In this document: positions 56,627 through 64,000 of the stretch, one piece after another
Layout of the letters: each line of letters starts with the position of its first letter
Position numbering within the stretch: the stretch's first letter is position 1
Assembly: GCA_041665525.1 (NCBI GenBank)
Contig: JBAYIS010000004.1
Location: 46,996-110,995, forward strand
Length of the DNA stretch: 64,000 nt
Reading direction: 5' to 3'
Source: Bacteroidota bacterium
Lineage (GTDB): Bacteria > Bacteroidota > Ignavibacteria > UBA10030 > UBA8401
The notes under the pieces: generated by a model
What the model was told of the DNA's origin: nothing
The model's database searches: none
The model's input: the letters and a program-made list of their open reading frames with translations, nothing else
Made by a program: the position numbers and the translations under genes

Positions 56627-58980
56627 TTTATGACGGTCATTTTCTTAATATCGGAATGATTCCCAGATGTAAATCTATAAAAATAAACCCCCGATGACAA
56701 CTGTTTAGCATCGAATTTTATTGAATACCTGCCGGGTGCCATGTTTTGATCTAAAATTGTCGAAAGTTCCTGCCCAAGTAAATTATAAACGCGAAGTGCA
56801 GTTCGACCCTGGTGGGCAACGGAAAATTCTATCATTGTTTCAGGATTGAAAGGATTCGGGAAATTTTGCGCCAAAAAATAAGAATAGGGAACGGAAGTTT
56901 TCGGAACATCATTCGTAATGGACGAATATGCCATAACTCTGATATCATCCAGATACCAACCGTCCGATTCGCGCCAGCCGTCGGAAGACAAACGAAACCG
57001 GAGAATGATCTCATTTCCAACAAAAGGAGTGAGATCTGCGGACTGCTCCACCCAGCTCAATCCCGGTGTGTAGGCATCATATCCAAATACATTCACCGGT
57101 TGCTTGCTCGGACTGCCATCAGAAGTTCTTCCCGAACCATTGCGTGACAGTTTCGTTTTCAGTGAGGTCCAACTTGTTCCTCCGTTCGTTGATACTTCAA
57201 TGACTGCGAAATCCCAGGTGGACTCAATTTTCCATTGTGTTCGGAATTTCAATTCTGCAAACTGATACTCCAGAAGCGAAAGTGGAGAGAGTAACGTCAG
57301 CGAACGATCCGCAAAGGGTTCGTAATTGCCGGCGGGACTATCGGTGAAGCAGGAGTTTCCGGTGAGCAGATCGTTTGTTACGTTCCATCGTGAATCAGTC
57401 GACCATAACGAAGTAGATTGAGCGCTGTCGTACAGCAACACTTTAGGTTCACCAGATATGAATGTGATGCTGTCATTCATCATTCCACCTGATGCTATGG
57501 TGAATGTTATTTTCGAAGCAATGCTAGTCGGTCCATCAACACTCAAAGCGTTATACGAGAATTGCAGTTCCTTTTCTCCCATAGACGGTATAATTCCTGT
57601 TTGGATAAAGGGAGTCACAATTCCGGTATTTGCTGTCAACTGGATTTTCGTGTCCTGCAATTCCTCCAGACCGTTGTTCACAATCCGCACAGTAATGGTG
57701 TTAATGTTTACGGAAAATGACCTGATGGAAGGATAAGCGCCGGCATAATGAGCAAGTAAATTATTTTGGAGAACATTTTCCTGGGCTAAGGGGTAAATAA
57801 GTGATGTAGCCGGCCAGAAAAAACCGGTCGTTCCGACTTCTGGAGTGAGTGAATACGTTCGGGATTTTGCCGAATCGCTGTACATAAAATCGTCGGAATT
57901 TCCCCGGGTGGAATAACCGACAGTTTGCTGATCCGTACCGATTGAATACCTGTTTATCATCGACATGTGATACGTCCATGTCCGAAACAACAGCGAATCA
58001 CTGCTTTCAGAAGAACTGTATCCCCACGGATAGATCAAATAGTTACCGTACGAATGGTAATTGAAACACGCCTTAATGGTGTGTGTTGTGAGGAATTGTT
58101 GGAGAGTGTATATCTCCGGTTCAGAAAAAGGGTGAGTTCCGCGGTAATCCTGCGCTGAGGTAATCGTTGAGGACCCGTCGTTCGGTGCATCCCACATGAA
58201 GAACGGGCCGTAATTGCGGTTGAGATCGACGCCATATGTATCGTCGCTGTTCTTCCGCCGGTTCTTCCTCCACATTCCTCCGCCGTTGGGATTCGTCGAT
58301 TGGTTATGCACATATCCGTCCGGATTGACCACGGGAATGAACCATAACTGGCGGTGTTGTATAAGATAGGCTGCTTCCGGATCGGATTGATAATTCTCCA
58401 AAAGCCACCACATGTAATAGATGAGCGTCATCATTCCCTGCGGCTCGCGGGCGTGATGAAGCGCTGTATAGAGCACTTCAGGCTCGTTTGTTTCATTAAT
58501 GTCCGGATTGTCCGAAATTTTTACAGCATAAATTGTTCTTCCCTCGATAGAAGTGCCGACGAAATCCTTTACAGTGATCAAATCGGGATAGAGAAGCTGC
58601 ATGGAATCGAGTTGCTGAATAACCTCCTGATATGTTAAAAATCCTCCCATTGCACCGTACCGGAAGTTTTTCGGAACATTGTTAGCAAATACTTGCTGTT
58701 TCGAAATATCCTGTGACTGTTGTTTCTGATAATATAGATCCCAATCCGCAATTTGTACTCGATAAGGAATCCCTGAGGTTTGTAACAGATGTAATTCTGA
58801 TTCATTGAGGAAAACAGAAATTGAGCTTCCGATCTTGCCGGTAAAATGGTCCACGGCTATTCCCAGAGAAGAGAGTTGTCGGTATTCACCAATAGTCTGC
58901 ACCGGAATTTCTACTTGGCTGTAACGTTCCTGCGAAAAGAGCAGTGAGATGCAAAAGAGAAAAATGGAGAGGAATTTCAT
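56623..58980 (-). CDS. M14-family zinc carboxypeptidase with a T9SS C-terminal sorting domain
   Basis: YTALHHAREPQG zinc-ligand motif. C-terminus ...AQNFPNPFNPETMIEFSV...GVYFYRF.... Confidence 0.8.
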   Translation of the reverse strand: MKFLSIFLFCISLLFSQERYSQVEIPVQTIGEYRQLSSLGIAVDHFTGKIGSSISVFLNESELHLLQTSGIPYRVQIADWDLYYQKQQSQDISKQQVFANNVPKNFRYGAMGGFLTYQEVIQQLDSMQLLYPDLITVKDFVGTSIEGRTIYAVKISDNPDINETNEPEVLYTALHHAREPQGMMTLIYYMWWLLENYQSDPEAAYLIQHRQLWFIPVVNPDGYVHNQSTNPNGGGMWRKNRRKNSDDTYGVDLNRNYGPFFMWDAPNDGSSTITSAQDYRGTHPFSEPEIYTLQQFLTTHTIKACFNYHSYGNYLIYPWGYSSSESSDSLLFRTWTYHMSMINRYSIGTDQQTVGYSTRGNSDDFMYSDSAKSRTYSLTPEVGTTGFFWPATSLIYPLAQENVLQNNLLAHYAGAYPSIRSFSVNINTITVRIVNNGLEELQDTKIQLTANTGIVTPFIQTGIIPSMGEKELQFSYNALSVDGPTSIASKITFTIASGGMMNDSITFISGEPKVLLYDSAQSTSLWSTDSRWNVTNDLLTGNSCFTDSPAGNYEPFADRSLTLLSPLSLLEYQFAELKFRTQWKIESTWDFAVIEVSTNGGTSWTSLKTKLSRNGSGRTSDGSPSKQPVNVFGYDAYTPGLSWVEQSADLTPFVGNEIILRFRLSSDGWRESDGWYLDDIRVMAYSSITNDVPKTSVPYSYFLAQNFPNPFNPETMIEFSVAHQGRTALRVYNLLGQELSTILDQNMAPGRYSIKFDAKQLSSGVYFYRFTSGNHSDIKKMTVIK

Positions 58981-60665
58981 CGTGTCAGCACCATTCTTTT
59001 TGACGAAGTCGCATTGCCCGACTGCAGTGAATAAAAATAGAGGCCGGAAGGAATCATTGAGGCATCGAACTCGACAGTGTAAACACCAGCTTCCAGTTCC
59101 TGGTTGACCAGAACAGCGATTTTTTGGCCGAGAGAATTAAATACTTTCAGTGAAGTAAATTCGCGCGACTGTAGTTTAAATGATATCTTCGTGGATGGAT
59201 TAAAGGGATTAGGATAATTTTGGAATAATTCAAAACGATCCGGCGTTCTACTGTCGCGATCTCGCGCCATCGACGTAACACCCTGTGTGAGTTCTATATT
59301 GAACGATTCGAGCAATCCGGGAAGAGTGTTCACCGTTTCCAATCTGGTAATATATCCAGGTTTGGAAAAAGAAATAGTGTGCGTACCTTCAGCTGAACCG
59401 TACAAATACTTTCCGGCAGAGTCGGTCATGATCGATCTTCCCATTTCTGTTACAGTAACCTTTACATCCGCTAGGGGGGCGTTAGTTCCCGCATCGCGCA
59501 CCACTCCGTTCACCCGTCCTCCTTTTTTTTCATCGACGGTAAAGATGTATAATCCTGTATTCATATCCGAGACAGCAATTTTTCCTGATGCGAAATAAGG
59601 ATACACGCCCCAGCTGCCGGCGAATAATGGTGCGCTCGGATTGGAATATGTTTTATAAAACGCCACTTCGATGGGAGTATAAGGATCTGATATGTCCAGC
59701 ACACGGAATCCTTCCGTATAATAAGCGATATACAGGTAGTTTCCTTTCACGAACGAATTATGAATGCTGGTGTTTGGATTGGACATCCAGGAAGAAATCT
59801 CTATCGGATTTTTCTTGTCGGAAATATCGTAAATATGGAGTTTGCCGTTTGACGCCTCGCTGGAGACATACATGTACCTGCTGTCATCACTCAGCCATAC
59901 CTGGTGAGACCAAAATTCCGGGATCGTTGGTGTGACGCTGACCATGACACCGGCACTTTTTTCAGTAAAATGACCTTTCATCGTGAAATCAACAATGTCC
60001 ACACTCCCGTCGAAAATTGCAGCTGCATACAGCGTATCATTTCTAATGAACGCATCATGCACATAGGGAGTGCTTCCTTTTCCGTATGACCCCACCTGTT
60101 TCGGATTCAGCGGATCCTCAATATCCATAATGCGTGTTCCGCCGAAATCGCCCCCATTCACATAAAGATAGTTCTTTTCAATGCTCACCGTATGTGCCCG
60201 GTAATAGAGCTTCGTTGTCAATGGTGAAATATCGACGGTATCGATCCACACAAATGATTTTTTGAACGACGCAGAGTCTGGAAGTGTACTGAGATCAACG
60301 ATTTGGATACCGGCTCTCTTTGCAAGATCACTCCCTTCGGAACCAATGAATAGATAATTACCGTATGTACGAAATTCATGGTACTTATAGTATGAATATG
60401 GGCCGGGGAGAAATGCTGATTCTTTTAAGTCGGAAGCGGTGATGTCGACAATGGACGATCCTAATGTCGTGCCGATAATCGCGTATTCTTTTCCGGAAGG
60501 AGAAGTCCATCCCCAGATCTCCGAATAGTCATTCCTGCTGTTCGGATCGATTGCTTTGCCGGTATTCTCATATTTGTTCATCTGTCCGAAGAGCGAAACA
60601 TGATAACTCGTTTGTCCTTGAAGGGAGAGTGTGCACAAACTAACCAGCAAGAGTATTCTCTTCAT
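58977..60665 (-). CDS. LVIVD-repeat / choice-of-anchor-B-like beta-propeller protein with a T9SS C-terminal sorting domain
   Basis: Signal peptide. Repeated propeller-like blades. C-terminus ...FQNYPNPFNPSTKISFKL...GLYFYSL.... Confidence 0.6.
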   Translation of the reverse strand: MKRILLLVSLCTLSLQGQTSYHVSLFGQMNKYENTGKAIDPNSRNDYSEIWGWTSPSGKEYAIIGTTLGSSIVDITASDLKESAFLPGPYSYYKYHEFRTYGNYLFIGSEGSDLAKRAGIQIVDLSTLPDSASFKKSFVWIDTVDISPLTTKLYYRAHTVSIEKNYLYVNGGDFGGTRIMDIEDPLNPKQVGSYGKGSTPYVHDAFIRNDTLYAAAIFDGSVDIVDFTMKGHFTEKSAGVMVSVTPTIPEFWSHQVWLSDDSRYMYVSSEASNGKLHIYDISDKKNPIEISSWMSNPNTSIHNSFVKGNYLYIAYYTEGFRVLDISDPYTPIEVAFYKTYSNPSAPLFAGSWGVYPYFASGKIAVSDMNTGLYIFTVDEKKGGRVNGVVRDAGTNAPLADVKVTVTEMGRSIMTDSAGKYLYGSAEGTHTISFSKPGYITRLETVNTLPGLLESFNIELTQGVTSMARDRDSRTPDRFELFQNYPNPFNPSTKISFKLQSREFTSLKVFNSLGQKIAVLVNQELEAGVYTVEFDASMIPSGLYFYSLQSGNATSSKRMVLTR

Positions 60666-60752
60666 TTCATCCAGGGGAATGGGTAGAGAAAAAATATCCG
60701 AAGTGTTTTTTCACTTCGGACGAGGGATTGGTAAAAAGTAACAAAAAAAAGA

Positions 60753-62582
60753 CTATTCGGAAAGCGTTACTTTAAACCAACCACGGATTGAATTGCAGAG
60801 ATAGAGGGCATCGGAATTGCGTAAATCTTCTAATTTGATCACTTTTTCGGATGCATGGGGATTTGTTCGAAGTACTTCGTTTCGAAAAATTCCCGAAAGT
60901 ACGCCGCAGTGGATCGGCGGGGTAAAAAGGTGACCGTTTTTTTCCACGAAGAGATTTGTCACCGTTCCTTCCGTTACATCACCATTCTCATTTAAAAATA
61001 TGTAATCGGCAATCTTGTCATCGTCTGCTTTTTTCCAATATCTATTGTAAATTTCACGCCTTGTTGTCTTATGGAACAAGAAGATATCGGCAGAGTTAGT
61101 CCGTTCGGGTGCGACAGTAATAACTGTCCTGTGGATTTCCGTATATTCTCGTGCTTCGACTGTGGGTACTCCGGATTTTGATAGCAGCAGTCGCACTCTA
61201 TATCGCTTGTCCGAATGGAAAACGCGTGCAGAAAGCAACAGTGCATCGATGATCTTTTCTCTATTGAACGGGAATGAAAAATAGTCGGCGGAATCTTCCA
61301 ACCGGCGCACATGCTGGTCAAAAAAGGTAAATGTTTTTTCCCAAAGGAGAGTTTCGATCAATTGGAAGTCCGGCCGGTCTTGCAGCAGAAAAGAGGCTTT
61401 CAGTGCACACTCATTAAATTCACTTTCAGGCTTGGAGTCGTACACGATACCGCTTCCAACCCCCATGATCCCTGAACTGCCGTGCACTTCCACTGTGCGG
61501 ATGGCGACATTGAATACTGCTTCGTCGTTCGGAGAGATGAAACCGATCGCTCCGCAATAGATGCCGCGAGAATTTTTTTCCAATTCATTGATAATCTGCA
61601 TCGTGCGGATTTTCGGTGCACCGGTGACAGAACCGCAAGGATGGAGCGAGCGGAAAATATCATAATACCCGGATTCTTTTTTTAGCATCCCGTGAATGGT
61701 GGAGGTCATCTGCAGCACTGATTCATATCGTTCGATGGAATACATTTCACTGACGTTTACCGATCCGTTCTCACAGATCCTTCCGATGTCGTTTCTTAAA
61801 AGGTCGACGATCATCAGGTTCTCACTCCGGTTCTTCTCGTCATTCCGCAACCATTCGGAAAGCCGTGTATCTTCTTCTGTGGTGCGGCCCCGTTTGCACG
61901 TCCCTTTCATCGGTTTAGCTGTTATGGTATTTCCGATACGCCGGAAAAAGAGTTCGGGAGAAAAGGACAATATCTGTGCTGGACCAAGATTGAGATATGC
62001 GCCGAACGGAACATGTTGTTTCTGCCGCAATTCGAAAAAGAAATCACGGGTATCACCCGTAATGTCGAATTCAAAACTTCCAGTGAAATTAACCTGATAT
62101 GTATCCCCGTTCACAATGTATTTTTTCAGCTGCTTAATTTTCTGGATATAGTCGGGTTTATCGAGTGAGAATTCCGGATGGAGGATTGCTGACTTCATCG
62201 ACGGTTCTATTGAATTGAGCAACTCAGACTCTAGTTCAATCGGTGCTTCATACACTCCAAGCCAGATAAGTGGCAGTGCTGTTGTTTTATCGAACACATC
62301 AAGGATCCTGTCGAAATGATATCCGCATTCATAACTGAAGTATCCTGCGATCCATTTTTTCTGAATCAGCCGCTCTTCAACAGCGCGGAAAAGGGAGGGG
62401 ATTTCTTCAAATGTGTTCGCAGTGAGAATCTCATCGGGAGAATGGAAGAGAAAGTTCTTCTTATTTGTATTGTCGCGCAGCGAAGAATCCAGAAGAATGG
62501 TGTGTTCTTGCTGAAGAAGTGAAAATAAAAAAGCACGGTCGATAATCTGACCGTGCTTTGGCATGTTGAATTGGCTATCCAA
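60753..62582 (-). CDS. pabBC: Bifunctional aminodeoxychorismate synthase component I (PabB) fused to aminodeoxychorismate lyase (PabC, class IV aminotransferase fold)
   Basis: N-terminal 400 aa: chorismate-binding enzyme motifs (PFGAYLNLGP..., SFSPELFF, GAIGF). C-terminal 200 aa: class-IV aminotransferase-like (...ENGDVTEGTVTNLF...). Confidence 0.7.
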   Translation of the reverse strand: MDSQFNMPKHGQIIDRAFLFSLLQQEHTILLDSSLRDNTNKKNFLFHSPDEILTANTFEEIPSLFRAVEERLIQKKWIAGYFSYECGYHFDRILDVFDKTTALPLIWLGVYEAPIELESELLNSIEPSMKSAILHPEFSLDKPDYIQKIKQLKKYIVNGDTYQVNFTGSFEFDITGDTRDFFFELRQKQHVPFGAYLNLGPAQILSFSPELFFRRIGNTITAKPMKGTCKRGRTTEEDTRLSEWLRNDEKNRSENLMIVDLLRNDIGRICENGSVNVSEMYSIERYESVLQMTSTIHGMLKKESGYYDIFRSLHPCGSVTGAPKIRTMQIINELEKNSRGIYCGAIGFISPNDEAVFNVAIRTVEVHGSSGIMGVGSGIVYDSKPESEFNECALKASFLLQDRPDFQLIETLLWEKTFTFFDQHVRRLEDSADYFSFPFNREKIIDALLLSARVFHSDKRYRVRLLLSKSGVPTVEAREYTEIHRTVITVAPERTNSADIFLFHKTTRREIYNRYWKKADDDKIADYIFLNENGDVTEGTVTNLFVEKNGHLFTPPIHCGVLSGIFRNEVLRTNPHASEKVIKLEDLRNSDALYLCNSIRGWFKVTLSE

Positions 62583-64000
62583 CCAATTGCTCCAGGTTCG
62601 TCTTTAATTTCTGGATGGTCTGTTCGAAGTTCTGTTGTTTATTCTTCTCTTTTTCGATGATCTCGGCAGCGGCTTTGTTGACGAAGCTGTCGTTATTCAG
62701 TTTGGCCATCACTCCGCGCAATTGGCCTTCCAGCCGGTCAATCTCTTTTTGCAAACGGTCCCGCTCTATTCCGGTATCAATCAAACCTTTTAGCGGGATA
62801 AAAATTTCCTGTCCGTTCACAACGGAACTTGCCGCATATCCTGGTTTTGGAACGGCAATGCCGATCGTCATAATGTCCAAGCGAAGCAGTTTTTGCAGTG
62901 CCGACTTGTTGTTTTCCAGGATCGCTTGTTTTTCAAACTCGTTGCAGCTGGCGACGAAATCGATCGCTTTAGACATCGGAATGTTCATCTCACTTCGGAT
63001 CTGACGGACGGCGGTGATGACATTCTGCAGGAATTCCATCTGTTTTTCAATATCCGGATTAATCCGTGATTCCGTCTGTGCCGTCTGTGGCATTGTGCAT
63101 CGCATGATTGTTTCATTGTTCTTTCGATCGGAGAGATGTTGAAAAATCTCTTCGGTGACGAACGGCATGAACGGATGCAGAAGTTTTAAGGTTTCTTCGT
63201 AGATCGTCAATGCGCGGGTAATGATCGCCCGTTTTAGATGGACATCGCTGGTTTCCTGCATCCGGTTCTTCACGAACTCCACATACCAATCGCAGAAATC
63301 CTTCCAGAGAAACTCATACAACAATTTCACTGCATCATTCACGCGGAAGTTATCCATCGCTGCGGTGACTTCTTTTACAGTAGAACTGAATCTCGAAATA
63401 ATCCATTGATCCGTAAGATCTTCGGAATTATTTGGATTGATAATCGTCAATTGTTCATTGTCAACCGTCAAGAAATCTCTGTGCATCATCAAAAACCGTC
63501 CGGCATTCCAGATCTTGTTTGCAAAGTTCCGGCCAATCTCACACTTGTCGTTATCATAAAGCACATCCTGACCGACAGGTGCGATAAATAACACAGTGAA
63601 TCGTAATGCATCCGCGCCGTACGTGGCGATAACATCCAACGGATCGGGAGAGTTGCCGAGCGATTTGCTCATTTTCCGACCCGATGCATCGCGGATAAGG
63701 CTGGTGAAATAGACATGCCGGAACGGTACTTCTCCTTTGAATTCTAACCCGGCCATTATCATCCGTGCTACCCAAAAGAAGATGATATCCGGCGCGGTGA
63801 CCAGTACATCTGTCGGGTAGAAATATTTTAGGTCGTCGGTCTCTTTCGGCCAATCATGGACGGAAAACGGCCAAAGCCACGAAGAGAACCATGTATCAAG
63901 AACATCATCATCCTGTTTCAAATCTTCTTTTTTATATTGCGAACCCTTTGCTTTAAGTTTTTCCCCAGCTTCATGGATGTTTCGTGCCACGATGATGCTG
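62575..64000 (-). CDS. valS: Valine--tRNA ligase, C-terminal part. The N-terminus lies beyond the window end.
   Basis: KMSKSLGN class-I motif. Anticodon-binding region and C-terminal coiled coil. The frame stays open to the window edge. Confidence 0.85.
   Translation of the reverse strand, partial: SIIVARNIHEAGEKLKAKGSQYKKEDLKQDDDVLDTWFSSWLWPFSVHDWPKETDDLKYFYPTDVLVTAPDIIFFWVARMIMAGLEFKGEVPFRHVYFTSLIRDASGRKMSKSLGNSPDPLDVIATYGADALRFTVLFIAPVGQDVLYDNDKCEIGRNFANKIWNAGRFLMMHRDFLTVDNEQLTIINPNNSEDLTDQWIISRFSSTVKEVTAAMDNFRVNDAVKLLYEFLWKDFCDWYVEFVKNRMQETSDVHLKRAIITRALTIYEETLKLLHPFMPFVTEEIFQHLSDRKNNETIMRCTMPQTAQTESRINPDIEKQMEFLQNVITAVRQIRSEMNIPMSKAIDFVASCNEFEKQAILENNKSALQKLLRLDIMTIGIAVPKPGYAASSVVNGQEIFIPLKGLIDTGIERDRLQKEIDRLEGQLRGVMAKLNNDSFVNKAAAEIIEKEKNKQQNFEQTIQKLKTNLEQLVG

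Noticed and set aside
1-64000. tRNA, rRNA, integrase/transposase, phage or defence-system genes
   Set aside because: None recognised on either strand. There is no tRNA-like cloverleaf signature (e.g. GTTCGAATC T-loop) flanked by acceptor complementarity, and no recombinase motifs.

Overview
This 64-kb window comes from an FCB-group bacterium (Bacteroidota/Ignavibacteriota-like). Evidence: four proteins end in the T9SS C-terminal sorting domain (...NYPNPFNP...), there is an exbB-exbD-exbD-tonB-pstS-like-TPR cluster, and LytS/LytTR two-component pairs are abundant. Most of the window is chromosomal housekeeping: metF, ddl, rarA, a ROK kinase, ppa, glyQS, a pabBC fusion, the valS 3' end, an LptD-like protein, and FtsB. 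The region that stands out is 5.6-6.5 kb. There a 'four-helix-bundle' gene (23S rRNA intervening-sequence / Avd-like protein, TIGR02436 family) sits exactly between two arrays of 8-bp tandem repeats (about 20 and about 36 units). The downstream array runs to within 11 nt of the ddl start codon. Other notable items: (1) two diverged Asp-box-like propeller lipoprotein paralogs, each followed by a near-identical (~98%) ~140-bp element with two perfect palindromic hairpins; (2) a ~350-nt metF leader ending in an intrinsic terminator (attenuator or riboswitch candidate); (3) a cNMP-binding::DUF1003 membrane protein translationally coupled to a LytS kinase; (4) two LytS/LytTR modules each placed directly upstream of a T9SS cargo gene, with a shared TTCATCCCT 9-mer in both cargo upstream regions; (5) a degenerate 293-aa ALDH-like paralog beside a full-length ALDH; (6) a TonB_C::parvulin fusion lipoprotein. 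No tRNA, rRNA or CRISPR was recognised. All coordinates for non-CDS features are approximate (about +/-3 nt).
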